Shown: piece by piece, positions 19,192 through 29,056 of the stretch
How the letters are laid out: each line of letters begins with the position of its first letter
Position numbering within the stretch: position 1 is the stretch's first letter
Origin: Lentisphaeria bacterium
GTDB taxonomy: Bacteria > Verrucomicrobiota > Lentisphaeria > JABSQK01 > JAWLHB01
Length of the DNA: 64,000 bases
Direction of reading: 5' to 3'
Assembly: GCA_041690595.1 (NCBI GenBank)
Contig: JAWLHB010000021.1
Span: 1 to 64,000 of the forward strand
Notes under the pieces: generated by a model
The model's input: only the letters and a program-made list of their open reading frames with translations
What the model was told of the DNA's origin: nothing
Database searches by the model: none
Position numbers and translations under genes: made by a program

Positions 19192-20999
19192 TGAGTATTT
19201 TGCTGGTTCTGGCGGCTGTACTGACCGTGCTCGGTGTGGCAGCCGCGGGAATCGCGCCAGGCACCACCTATCTGGTGGGCTTGGTGTTAGCGATTGTATA
19301 CGCGTTTGTGGCCCTGCGGCAGCGTCATCTGACCGCCCGTGTCAGGCGCTTTCCGTGGGTTCCGGTTGCCGCCGTCGCCCTGATCGTCTGGATGGCTTTC
19401 CTTGCTCTACCGCTACCGGACAGCATGCGCGATGTGGCCGGCTTTCGACGCGCGATGCAGAGCGCCCGCGCCGGCCACGCGGTCGAGGAAGCGGCCAACC
19501 TTGGTATCATCGATCAGGCTCCCTCGGCGACCGTCAGCCTCTCCCGCAACAGGGCGGGAACCTGGCGCACGATCGTCCTGGTCATCTGCCTCCTTCTGGC
19601 CGCGGGTCTCACTGCCCGAATCCCGGAGGAATGCCGGGAGTGGCTTTTCGATTTCCTGGTCATCTTCCTCACGGCATATGCGGTGTTGGGTTTCGCCAGC
19701 CAGTGGATCGTCCCTCAGGGCAAAGCTATCTGGTGGGTCTATAAGGCCGACTTTGGCAGTCCGGTCGGCAGCTTCGTGAACCGCAATCATTTTGCTGGCT
19801 TCATTGCCCTCGGTGCTCCCTTGGCCATGGGCAGAGGCTTGGATGCGCTGGCCCACTTCAGAACCGGCACCGCTCTCTGGCGGTTGGCCTGCTTCGCCCT
19901 GATGAGTATCGCAGTCGTCTCCTCCCTCTCGCGCGGCGCGTTTCTCGCCTACTTGGTTGGTATCCTTCTCTTTGCCTTCATCTATGCGGCAAGGCGCCAT
20001 CATCGGCTCGCCATCATCGGCTCGGGCGTGATTGTGCTGCTGATCGCCGCCGGCATTGTGCTGCTGCCGAATGAGCAGGTGACAGCCCGGCTCAGCACCC
20101 TCCTGCACCTCCCGAGTACCAGCAGTGCGGTCGTCCGCGCCGTCTCCTGGCGAAACAGCTTCGACCTGTGGGCCGATTACCCCCTCGTCGGCGTTGGCCC
20201 CGAAGGTTTCCGCACGGTCTTCGGTATCTACAAGACCAGTGTGATTCGCGAAACCTTCTACAGCGCCGAGAATGAGTATGTACAGTTGCTGACCGACATG
20301 GGGCTGGTCGGCGTTGCTTTCATGGTGCTCCTCGGCTGCCTTTATGGCTGCAGCGTCTACCGTGGTCGCCACATGGTCCTGTACGATTCGGGCACCTGGG
20401 TGGGAGTGCTGGCAGGAGTGGCCGTAGCTGCCGCGCATGCGCTTGTCGACTTTGCCGTACGCATTCCCCTCTATGCGATTCTGCTTGGCATTCTTTTCGG
20501 CGCCTTGCTGACCTCGCCCGGACAGCAGGAGGAAGAGATGCAGCAAAGCACTTCATGGCACGTCGACTGGCGACGCTGGTCAGGCACCGCCATAGGCGTC
20601 GCCAGCTTCGTGATTATCCTCCTGATGATGTTCGTTTTCGGCAAGTCGATCTACCGATTCGACACCAATCCCGGCTTGAAGCACGCCGATACCAACACCG
20701 TCGCAACAGCCCTGATCTGGGCCCCCACCCACAGTCAGGCATGGTTTGTCCTCGGACAGCATGGCGCCCGGCTCGAGACTCCACAAGGACGGCAGTTTGC
20801 CGAAGCGTGCCTTACCGAAGCCGCCAGGTACAGTCGAAACGACTATGGCATCTGGGAGGATCTCGCCTTTCTGCGACAACAACTCGGCGACTCCATGGGC
20901 GCCGGCCTCGCCCTGCAGCAACTCTTTCGCTTGCGCCCGCACAAGGTCCTTCATTATGCCAGGTTGCAGGCGGAAGCCGGCGAGGAAAGCGAACCATGA
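19191..20999 (+). CDS. O-antigen ligase/Wzy_C family membrane protein with a C-terminal TPR-like segment
   Basis: GSFVNRNHFAGF, SLSRGA, PLVGVGPEGF, AENEYVQLL.DMGLVG, HALVDF. Confidence 0.88.
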   Translation: MSILLVLAAVLTVLGVAAAGIAPGTTYLVGLVLAIVYAFVALRQRHLTARVRRFPWVPVAAVALIVWMAFLALPLPDSMRDVAGFRRAMQSARAGHAVEEAANLGIIDQAPSATVSLSRNRAGTWRTIVLVICLLLAAGLTARIPEECREWLFDFLVIFLTAYAVLGFASQWIVPQGKAIWWVYKADFGSPVGSFVNRNHFAGFIALGAPLAMGRGLDALAHFRTGTALWRLACFALMSIAVVSSLSRGAFLAYLVGILLFAFIYAARRHHRLAIIGSGVIVLLIAAGIVLLPNEQVTARLSTLLHLPSTSSAVVRAVSWRNSFDLWADYPLVGVGPEGFRTVFGIYKTSVIRETFYSAENEYVQLLTDMGLVGVAFMVLLGCLYGCSVYRGRHMVLYDSGTWVGVLAGVAVAAAHALVDFAVRIPLYAILLGILFGALLTSPGQQEEEMQQSTSWHVDWRRWSGTAIGVASFVIILLMMFVFGKSIYRFDTNPGLKHADTNTVATALIWAPTHSQAWFVLGQHGARLETPQGRQFAEACLTEAARYSRNDYGIWEDLAFLRQQLGDSMGAGLALQQLFRLRPHKVLHYARLQAEAGEESEP

Positions 21000-21076
21000 T
21001 GTCTTGCGCCTCCCCCACGCCCGGCTATAGTAGCCGCTTACAGGTTCTACACGACATCGCCAGGTTGAGCTGACAC

Positions 21077-22534
21077 GTGAAAAAGCATTGGGTAAAGGTA
21101 TTCGTCTCCTGTCTCCTGGACAGTCTACTCTTTTCAGGCGCGTTCATTGCGGCCATCATGCTCATTCATGATGAAGAAGCGCGCGACTACTTTCCCAAGA
21201 TCTGGTCCGGTGTGCTCGTGGGATCGATCTCCATCGCCTGCGCCTGCTATACCGCCGGCATGTATGCCCGGCAACACCTGCATTTCCGCACCGCGACTCG
21301 TGAAGTGCTCAACGTCATCATGGTCGTGACCCTCTGCCACGGCCTCAGCGTACTCCTTCTCGTCATACAGTTCTACATCAATTTCTCCACCCGTATCGGG
21401 CGTGGCACCATGTTGATGGGCGCTACCCTCGCGTGGCTGCTGCTCGTCCTTCACCATCTCTACCTTCGACGTGCGTGGGGCCTGGGGACCGCCGAGAAGA
21501 TCGCTTTGGTGGTGACCGGACGCAACGACGAGATCGAGGCAGGGCTGCTGCGCACCCTCAATCCCCGCTACTTTCAGGTCGCCGGCTTCTTCCACACCCC
21601 TCTCTACAGTTCAACCCTCAGGATGCCGCTCCTCGGAACGACAGAAGTGATGGCTGACGTCTGTGAGGAAGAGGGCATTGACCGCGTCATCTGTACGGAC
21701 GGTGGACTCAATGTCGAATCGCTGCGCAGGCAGATCTGTCTGCTCCGCTACAAGGGCGTGTCCGTGCTCTCCCTGCTGCAGCTCTGCGAGGAAGAGTACC
21801 AGTGCACCCCAATTGCGCTGGTCACCCCCCAATGGTTGCTCAGCGCCAGCGAAGCTCCGCAGGTTCAGTATATCAGGAAGATCAAGCGCGGCTTCGATAT
21901 CGCCTGCTCCCTGGCTGGTCTGCTCTTTCTTTCCCCGCTCTTGGCGCTGGCCATGCTGGCCGTGCGACTGACCTCGCGCGGCCCCGTCATCTATCGTCAG
22001 GAGCGAGTAGGACGGTTTGGTCACCGATTCCAGTTGCTGAAGCTACGTACCATGTGCGAGAATGCCGAGAGCGACGGCGCCGTATGGTGCCGAAGCAACG
22101 ATTCCCGCGTTACCCCCGTCGGAAGGTTCCTGCGCAAGTATCGCATCGACGAGATTCCCCAGTTGGTCAATGTCCTCCGTGGAGAGATGTCCTTCGTCGG
22201 TCCACGCCCCGAGCGCCCGGAGTTTGTCGACATGCTGGCCAATGAAATCCCCTTCTTCGGCGAACGCCTGATGATTCATCCCGGCGTCACCGGCTGGGCT
22301 CAGGTCAACTTTCCCTATGGCAGCAGCGTGGCCGATGCCAGACGCAAGCTGGAGTACGACCTCTATTACCTGAAGCACATGGGCCTTTTTCTCGACCTCT
22401 TCATCCTGCTGGACACCGTACGCACCGTCATCCGCGGCACCCTCTGGCAGTCGCAGAAGCAGGACGTCAGCGCCATGCTGGGCCCCATTGAACCGGAAGT
22501 GCTCGAAAAGGTCGCTGTCGATTCCATCGAATGA
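21077..22534 (+). CDS. Priming undecaprenyl-phosphate sugar phosphotransferase (WcaJ/WbaP family)
   Basis: IKRGFDI, KLRTM, DSRVTPVGRFLRKYRIDEIPQ, GEMSFVGPRPERP, PGVTGWAQV. Confidence 0.95.
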   Translation: MKKHWVKVFVSCLLDSLLFSGAFIAAIMLIHDEEARDYFPKIWSGVLVGSISIACACYTAGMYARQHLHFRTATREVLNVIMVVTLCHGLSVLLLVIQFYINFSTRIGRGTMLMGATLAWLLLVLHHLYLRRAWGLGTAEKIALVVTGRNDEIEAGLLRTLNPRYFQVAGFFHTPLYSSTLRMPLLGTTEVMADVCEEEGIDRVICTDGGLNVESLRRQICLLRYKGVSVLSLLQLCEEEYQCTPIALVTPQWLLSASEAPQVQYIRKIKRGFDIACSLAGLLFLSPLLALAMLAVRLTSRGPVIYRQERVGRFGHRFQLLKLRTMCENAESDGAVWCRSNDSRVTPVGRFLRKYRIDEIPQLVNVLRGEMSFVGPRPERPEFVDMLANEIPFFGERLMIHPGVTGWAQVNFPYGSSVADARRKLEYDLYYLKHMGLFLDLFILLDTVRTVIRGTLWQSQKQDVSAMLGPIEPEVLEKVAVDSIE

Positions 22535-22543
22535 CCTCTGCGG

Positions 22544-22573
22544 TTGACAACGTCGGCGGCTCGCATGTATGGT
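22544..22573 (+). promoter_or_regulatory. Putative sigma70 promoter of the DUF438 gene
   Basis: TTGACA-N18-TATGGT. Confidence 0.45.
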
Positions 22574-22609
22574 GGGGGATTATAACCACTTGCCCAAAGG
22601 GACCATGCC

Positions 22610-24067
22610 ATGGAGAGACTGTCCGGTAAGACTTCGCTGAGCGAGATGATGGGCGAGTACCCCTTTCTCGAAGAGTACCTCATCGCCCTCAACCCCCGAT
22701 TCAAGGTACTCAGGAACAAGGCCATGCGCATGACCATCGGGCGAGTAGCCACGTTGGCACGCGTCGCCGCGGTCGGAGGCATGGAACTCAGCGAGCTGCT
22801 CGAAAAGCTCGCCGACAGGATCGCTGCTCAAACCGGCAGCCGCCCCCTCGTTGACGATACTCCACCGGCTGCCGAAATCGAGCGCATCGATGAACTCAAG
22901 GAGATCATCCGAGAGCTGCACCGGGGCACCCCCGTCCTCGAACTGCGCGAACGCTTTGGCGCCCTCCTGGCTGATGTGGACCCGCACGAGATCGCCGCCA
23001 TGGAAGAACGCCTGATGCAGGAGGGCATGCCGGTTACCGAGGTGCAGCGCCTCTGCGACCTGCACGTCGAGGTCTTCTCCGAGTCACTCGAGGCGCACGA
23101 GGAGCTCTCCCCGCCACCCGGCCACCCGATCCACACCAGCATGGCCGAGAACCTCATCATCACCAGCATGGCCAATCGCTTCGATGCCGCACTGAAAAAG
23201 CTCGGGCAGCCTCCCCGGGAGGAACGGCTCGACGAACTACGCCCTGAACTCGATGCCCTGCTCGATGAACTGGACCTGCTCGATAACCACTACGTGCGCA
23301 AGGAAAACGAATTCTTTCCCCGCCTGGAAAAGCATGGCATAACGGGGCCGACCCAGGTGATGTGGGGGGTGCACGACGATATCCGCCGCGAGCTGAAAGC
23401 CGTACGTCATGCCCTGGAGGCCGGCTTTGCCGAGCCGTTCTTGCGACAGGGCACCGCCCTTGTTCGCATGATCGTCGAAATGGTCTTCAAGGAAAACCGA
23501 ATCCTCTTCCCCATGTGCATGCAGTCATTCGAAGAGGCCGAATGGACCGAGGTGCGCCGCGGCGAAGACGAGTATGGCTACGCTTTTGCGCAACCCGCGG
23601 CACCATGGCCAAACGTCCCACAGCCGCCACCCCGCGAAGTCCCCGCCACCTTCCGCGACGGCCTGATCCCGCTGCGCACCGGCCAACTCACCATCGATCA
23701 ATTAACCCAACTCCTCCGCCATCTGCCCGTCGAGATCTCCTTTGTCGATGCCGATGGCTACGTGCGCTTCTACAGCGACCAGCCCCACCGCCTCTTCCCC
23801 CGCATGCCCGGCGTTATCGGGCGCCACGTCGAGAAATGCCATCCGCCCAAGAGTGTCGAGATGGTGAAGGCAATACTCGCCGCCTTCAGCGCCGGCGAGC
23901 GCGATCAGGCTCGCTTCTGGATCCAGATGCAGGGGCGCTTCATCGTCATCAGCTACTATGCGGTGCGCGATGACGACGGCCTCTACCTCGGCTGCCTGGA
24001 AGTGACGCAGGACGCTACCGAGGTGCGCAACCTCCAAGGCGAACGGCGATTGCTGGAATGGGAATGA
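22610..24067 (+). CDS. DUF438 family protein (DUF1858 + DUF438 + hemerythrin-like + PAS)
   Basis: RLCDLHVEVF, PGHPIHT..AEN, HYVRKEN..FP, VMWGVHDDIR, KENRILFP, FPRMPGVIGRHVEKCHPPKS. Confidence 0.9.
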   Translation: MERLSGKTSLSEMMGEYPFLEEYLIALNPRFKVLRNKAMRMTIGRVATLARVAAVGGMELSELLEKLADRIAAQTGSRPLVDDTPPAAEIERIDELKEIIRELHRGTPVLELRERFGALLADVDPHEIAAMEERLMQEGMPVTEVQRLCDLHVEVFSESLEAHEELSPPPGHPIHTSMAENLIITSMANRFDAALKKLGQPPREERLDELRPELDALLDELDLLDNHYVRKENEFFPRLEKHGITGPTQVMWGVHDDIRRELKAVRHALEAGFAEPFLRQGTALVRMIVEMVFKENRILFPMCMQSFEEAEWTEVRRGEDEYGYAFAQPAAPWPNVPQPPPREVPATFRDGLIPLRTGQLTIDQLTQLLRHLPVEISFVDADGYVRFYSDQPHRLFPRMPGVIGRHVEKCHPPKSVEMVKAILAAFSAGERDQARFWIQMQGRFIVISYYAVRDDDGLYLGCLEVTQDATEVRNLQGERRLLEWE

Positions 24068-24154
24068 GTTCGCCATCCAGCACGTGTGCAATGACGCAAG
24101 CAGGGGGTATAGTCTGGAAAGTCAGCCGATTTTAGCAACAGGGAGATCGCGATC

Positions 24155-25579
24155 ATGGTCGAGGGAGTCGTTTGCGTCATTCCGTCATGTCTGGGTGTTG
24201 GTGAGCTGTTCTCACTTCAGGTCAAGGTTCTGGGGGCGATCCGTTTGCTGCCCCCGGCGGGTGCCTGGAACACGCCCAAGCCCTCGCTGCACGGCCCCTT
24301 TAACGAGAACATTCAGCGCGGTATCCGCTATCATGACGACTGCCTCCCCGAGTGGAAGGGGAGCATCCAGATCGTGCAGGCTCCAGCCCTCGAGGGGCCG
24401 TCCAGCCTTCCTTTCGACGGCACCGCTCAGGGCGTCTTCCCCGGCGATACCCGCCCCATTAGCACCTTTTCCGGCTTCTCCTTCCGGGAGCCTGGTTTCC
24501 ATTTCATCGGACTGCGCGAGCCCACCTCCGGCCTTACTGCATGGTCCAACCCCGTTTGGGTGACGCCGGAGTTGCCGAGTGAACGGCTCTATTGGGGCGA
24601 TCCCCACTGGCAGACCTACTTCAGCGATGGCATCCGCTGTCCCGAGGAACTCTATGCCTTTGCACGCGACGAGGCCTTCCTCGACTTCGGCGCCATTACT
24701 GACCACATGGAAGCTGTAACCGATCGCCAATGGGATTACTTCCAACTGGTCACCAACGACTTCAATGAGCCCGGCCGCTTCGTCACCCTCATCGGCCAGG
24801 AATGGACGCACCACACCTGCGGCCACCGCAATCTCTATACCTTCGGCGACAACGCACCCCCTGTGCGATCGATCGACCCGCGCTTCAACAACCTCGAAAA
24901 GCTGTGGGCGGAACTCGACACCTGGACGGATCCCATCGCCGTCCCGCATCACCCCTCCAACGTCATAATGGGCTGTGACTGGTCGCAGGGATGGAATCCT
25001 CGCTACGAGAAGGCCATCGAGATTTATTCCGTCTGGGGCAGCAGCGAAATGCCGGCTGATGCCGGCAATACTCGCCCGCTGCGCCACTGTGGCGGCGAGC
25101 AGAAGGGAAGGCATGTGCGCGATGCCCTGGCCGCGGGGTACCAAGTAGGCTTCGTGGGCGGAGGCGACATTCACGATGGCCGCCCGGGACAATGCCTCTC
25201 CTACCTTGCCGGCCCTGCCGCCGGGCAAGTCTATCCACAGGGGCTCACCGGCGTGTGGCTCCCCGAACTGACCCGCGGCGCTCTGGGCGAAGCGATCAAA
25301 ACGCGACGCACCTGCGCCACCTCAGCTTGCCGGGCCTATCTCGATTGCGACTGGCAGCCCGGCGGTGTCACGGTCAAGGCGGCCGCCGAGGATGGTGTGG
25401 CGCGCGTCGAACTCATCCGCGACGGCGAGATTGCCGCCACCCTCGTGCCATCCGAAACAGAACCTCGCGTCATCATCCAGCAGGTGGAAATGCCCCGCGG
25501 GGCCGACATGTACGCCTATTTCCGGCTGACCACGCAGACCGGCAATCTGGCCTGGAGCAGCCCCCATTATCCATCCTGA
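24155..25579 (+). CDS. PHP-fold metallohydrolase (CehA/McbA or DUF3604-like)
   Basis: WGDPHWQT.FSDG, LDFGAITDH, GQEWT, GHRN, PHH, EIYSVWG, GGGDIHDG, AWSSP. Confidence 0.8.
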   Translation: MVEGVVCVIPSCLGVGELFSLQVKVLGAIRLLPPAGAWNTPKPSLHGPFNENIQRGIRYHDDCLPEWKGSIQIVQAPALEGPSSLPFDGTAQGVFPGDTRPISTFSGFSFREPGFHFIGLREPTSGLTAWSNPVWVTPELPSERLYWGDPHWQTYFSDGIRCPEELYAFARDEAFLDFGAITDHMEAVTDRQWDYFQLVTNDFNEPGRFVTLIGQEWTHHTCGHRNLYTFGDNAPPVRSIDPRFNNLEKLWAELDTWTDPIAVPHHPSNVIMGCDWSQGWNPRYEKAIEIYSVWGSSEMPADAGNTRPLRHCGGEQKGRHVRDALAAGYQVGFVGGGDIHDGRPGQCLSYLAGPAAGQVYPQGLTGVWLPELTRGALGEAIKTRRTCATSACRAYLDCDWQPGGVTVKAAAEDGVARVELIRDGEIAATLVPSETEPRVIIQQVEMPRGADMYAYFRLTTQTGNLAWSSPHYPS

Positions 25580-25596
25580 CCGCAAGGACGCGCCTG

Positions 25597-26088
25597 ATGC
25601 AGATGCAATGGATCCTGATGGTGATGATCGTGTGCGCACTGCTCTTTCTCCTCTGCCTCGTCGCCGCACTTCAGAAAATGCTGCGTAAGCGTCACGACAA
25701 TCGCGAACGCCGCTTCAAGGAACTGACGCGCCGCTTCGAATCCATGGAAGATTCTGCCTTCCTGCAGGCACTGAACATTCCCGCCGAGGATCATGAAGCC
25801 GCGCTCGAGGCTCGGCGCCGAATCAGTCAGTGGGCAGGCTTGCCGCGACGCCGGATTCATCCCGATCTGGAGCTGCAGGAGCTGGCCGAGATTGGCCTCA
25901 CCGGCCAAGCGCCCGAGCTGCTGGTGCTCGACCTGGAGCGAAGCTTCGCCCCCGATGCTCCATGCGAAGAGCCCCCTCAGCTCACCACCGTGCGAGAGGC
26001 GGTCCTCCATACGATCGCGCAAGCGAAGCGGGATCATGAATCCGCGTCGCCCATGCCGGATCCCGGAGCGGGTTCAGCGGGCCCTTGA
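25597..26088 (+). CDS. Hypothetical protein: N-terminal TM helix and ACP-like C-terminal domain
   Basis: SD aagga; hydrophobic N-terminus; IHPDLELQEL..IG...ELLVLDLERSF...LTTVREAV resembles the ACP helix pattern. Confidence 0.6.
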   Translation: MQMQWILMVMIVCALLFLLCLVAALQKMLRKRHDNRERRFKELTRRFESMEDSAFLQALNIPAEDHEAALEARRRISQWAGLPRRRIHPDLELQELAEIGLTGQAPELLVLDLERSFAPDAPCEEPPQLTTVREAVLHTIAQAKRDHESASPMPDPGAGSAGP

Positions 26089-27011
26089 GGAAGTGCCGGC
26101 GCCGCACGGCGATACTGGCCGGGCGAGGCACCCACAAGCTGGCGAAAGCGCCGGTTGAAGTAGGAGAGATCGTTGAAGCCACACTCCAGCGCGATGCTCA
26201 TGATCTTCTCGTCCGTGTTGCGCAGGCGAAGCATCGCCGCCTGAATGCGCCGGTGAAGCAGATACTCGAAGAGCGTCTTCCCCGTGTAACGCTTGAACGC
26301 GCGACAGAGGTAGACGCTGCTCACCCCTGCCCGAGCTGCCAGCCCCTCCAGCGTATGCTCCGCCGCGAAATGCGTCTCCAGATGACGCCGCAGGCGCTCC
26401 ACCCACGGCGTATGCCCAACCGCCAGCGGCTGCTCCAGCGGAATGCCGTTGCGCTTCGCCTGCCGGCAGAGCTGAATCAGGAAAAGACTGAACTGGTGCT
26501 GCCTCGCTTCCCGATGGCCGGGCGCCTGCTCCTCCTGCTCGCGCAGGATCGCCCGCAGATACGTCGCGGCCCGCTCCGGCTCGTCCAGCTCGAGACGCAC
26601 CATGCGGTTAAGGCGGTTCTGAAAGCACGGATGCAGCGGCAGAATCTCCGGTAAAATCTCCGCCAGCTCATCAGGCAGCCGCGGCAATGGCTGATGCTCA
26701 GGATCGACGAAGACGTTGTAAATCTCCATCCCCGCTTCGTCCGTGATTACGTCGTGCAACTGCCCGTAGTGGGTGATGCCGACCGACCCGCCATGCTCCT
26801 CGTAAACGTCATCCCCGAGGACATGCCAGCCGTGCCCCCTCGCAATGAAGCTCAGCAGGACAAGCCGGGGATTGTGCAGCCGCACATCCCGGTTGACGTA
26901 TCTTGGGTAGTGAGCTATCGCCACCCCGGATTCCACCAGATGATGCGACACATTCTCCCAATAGCTTGAGCTGCCCTTGGCCGCTGGAATGGGCAATATC
27001 GTCTTAGGCAT
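26034..27011 (-). CDS. AraC family transcriptional regulator
   Basis: Cupin-like N-terminus; YLCRAFKRYTG, IALECGFNDLSYFNRRFRQLVGASPGQYR. Confidence 0.93.
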   Translation of the reverse strand: MPKTILPIPAAKGSSSYWENVSHHLVESGVAIAHYPRYVNRDVRLHNPRLVLLSFIARGHGWHVLGDDVYEEHGGSVGITHYGQLHDVITDEAGMEIYNVFVDPEHQPLPRLPDELAEILPEILPLHPCFQNRLNRMVRLELDEPERAATYLRAILREQEEQAPGHREARQHQFSLFLIQLCRQAKRNGIPLEQPLAVGHTPWVERLRRHLETHFAAEHTLEGLAARAGVSSVYLCRAFKRYTGKTLFEYLLHRRIQAAMLRLRNTDEKIMSIALECGFNDLSYFNRRFRQLVGASPGQYRRAAPALPQGPAEPAPGSGMGDADS

Positions 27012-27108
27012 AGGTTAAAATACTCCAAGTATCCTTGAAAGTAAGATGTAAATTATCCTTCAAGAGCAGAAAACCCGCACTTCACCTTCATCGGCCCGGA
27101 GAACGCTC

Positions 27109-27918
27109 ATGCGCACCTCACTCAGCCCCGACCAGATCGAGAGCTATCGTCGCGACGGCTTCATCATGATCGAAGACTTTCTCTCACCCCGTGAACTGAC
27201 CGAGCTGCGCCTGGCGGTGGACACGGCCGTTGCCCAGCTCGGTGACAGCCTCATCTGCGACGAAGAACGGCAGGACATGAAGCGCGATGGCTACTACGCC
27301 AGGATCTTCACCCAGCGCATCAACCTGCACCGGATCAACGAGACGATTAAACGCTTCTTTCTGGCCCCCGATCTCGGGCGGATGATGGCGGCTCTCGAAG
27401 GAGTCGATGGCTACCGAGTCTGGCACGATCAGGCCCTCATCAAGGAACCGTGGGGAAACCCCACCGCCTGGCACCTCGACAATCCCTACTGGTCCTTCCA
27501 CTCCCGGCACGCGATCAGCATCTGGGTCGCCCTCGACGATGCCACCATGCAGAACGGCTGCCTCTATTTCATGCCCGGCACCCACAGCGAAGCCGTGCAC
27601 GAGCGCAATGTCGGCATCACCCAGGAACTCGACGACCTCTTCAACAAGAATCCCGAATGGCGAGACAGGCAACCCGTCCCGGCACCCATGCGGGCTGGCA
27701 GCTGTTCCTTTCATAACGGCTTGACTGCACACGGTGCCGGCGCCAATATGAGTCCGGGACGGCGCCGCGCCATGACCTGCGCCTACATGCCCGTCGGCAG
27801 TACCTTCAACGGCATCACCAACATTCTGCCGCCAAGCTACATGGAGAGCTTGAAGATCGGCGACATTCTGGACAACGAGAAGCAAAATCCACTGGTATGG
27901 CAAGAATCCACCAATTGA
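27109..27918 (+). CDS. Phytanoyl-CoA dioxygenase (PhyH) family Fe(II)/2OG dioxygenase
   Basis: YRRDGF, TAWHLDNPYW, WVALDDAT..NGCL.FMPGTH, FHNGLTAHGAGAN...RRA. Confidence 0.92.
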   Translation: MRTSLSPDQIESYRRDGFIMIEDFLSPRELTELRLAVDTAVAQLGDSLICDEERQDMKRDGYYARIFTQRINLHRINETIKRFFLAPDLGRMMAALEGVDGYRVWHDQALIKEPWGNPTAWHLDNPYWSFHSRHAISIWVALDDATMQNGCLYFMPGTHSEAVHERNVGITQELDDLFNKNPEWRDRQPVPAPMRAGSCSFHNGLTAHGAGANMSPGRRRAMTCAYMPVGSTFNGITNILPPSYMESLKIGDILDNEKQNPLVWQESTN

Positions 27919-27946
27919 GCGAGGCAGAGTGATGGGGAAAGTGGGG

Positions 27947-28951
27947 ATGACGACACGCGAACGCTTCCACGCCGTGATGAACTTCCAACCTTTCGACCGG
28001 CTACCCATCGTCGAGTGGGCCGGATGGTGGACGGAGACGCTCGCCCGCTGGCACGCCGAGAAGCTTCCCCCGGAGTTGACCGATCGCTATGAGATCCTGA
28101 AGCACTTCGGCCTCGACATCTACAAGCAGGAATGGTTCTCGCCGCGCAGCGCCAAGGGTTTCCCGAAACCGGCCCATCACGGCGCCGGTGTCATCACCAG
28201 CGAGGCCGACTACGAGAAGCTGCTGCCATGCCTCTACCCCACCGACGTGGATGGTGCCAGATGGGAGCGCTGGGCCGCCGAACAGGCCCGCGGCGACACG
28301 GTTCTCTGGTTCACCTTCGACGGCCCCTTCTGGTACCCACGTACCCTGTTGGGCATCGAACGCCACCTCTACGCCTTCTATGACCAGCCCGACCTCATGC
28401 AGCGCATGAACAATGACCTCGCCGAATGGGCGCTGAAGATGATCGACAGGATCTGTTCCTTCTGCACCCCCGATTACATGACCTTTGGCGAAGACATGAG
28501 CTACAACAACGGCCCCATGCTCGGCAAAGAGCAGTTCGATACCTTCCTCCTCCCCTTCTATCGCAAGGTCGTGCCCCTCCTCCGCGAACGCGGCATCCTC
28601 ACCATCATCGATTCCGATGGCGACATTACCCGCGCCGCCACCTGGTTCGAAGAGGCCGGCCTCGAAGGCATTCTCCCACTCGAACGGCAGGCAGGCGTCG
28701 ATGTCGCCCTGCTGCGTCGACGTCACCCGCGCATGCGTTTCATCGGCTGCTACGACAAGATGTGCATGAACAAGGGGGAGGCTGCGATGCGCGCCGAGTT
28801 CGAACGCCTCCTGCCGGTCGCCGCGGGCGGCGGCCTGATCGTCAGTTGCGATCATCAGACACCCCCCGGCGTGAGCTACGACCAGTACCAGCTCTATCTC
28901 CAGCTCTTCCGCGAGTATGCGGAGATAGCTGGCGACCTCTCGCGCGCCTGA
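27947..28951 (+). CDS. Uroporphyrinogen decarboxylase (URO-D)-like family protein
   Basis: MTTRERF, FGEDMSYNNGPML, IIDSDGD, PLERQAGVD, GGLIVSCDHQTPP. Confidence 0.85.
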   Translation: MTTRERFHAVMNFQPFDRLPIVEWAGWWTETLARWHAEKLPPELTDRYEILKHFGLDIYKQEWFSPRSAKGFPKPAHHGAGVITSEADYEKLLPCLYPTDVDGARWERWAAEQARGDTVLWFTFDGPFWYPRTLLGIERHLYAFYDQPDLMQRMNNDLAEWALKMIDRICSFCTPDYMTFGEDMSYNNGPMLGKEQFDTFLLPFYRKVVPLLRERGILTIIDSDGDITRAATWFEEAGLEGILPLERQAGVDVALLRRRHPRMRFIGCYDKMCMNKGEAAMRAEFERLLPVAAGGGLIVSCDHQTPPGVSYDQYQLYLQLFREYAEIAGDLSRA

Positions 28952-29056
28952 CACTCCCCCCCGCACAGGATTCACCCTCCATACGCGACCTTGCAATTCG
29001 TGGCGATGGCTGGACATTACACCAAGTCCATTTCTTGAATTGCGGGAGAACCGGTG

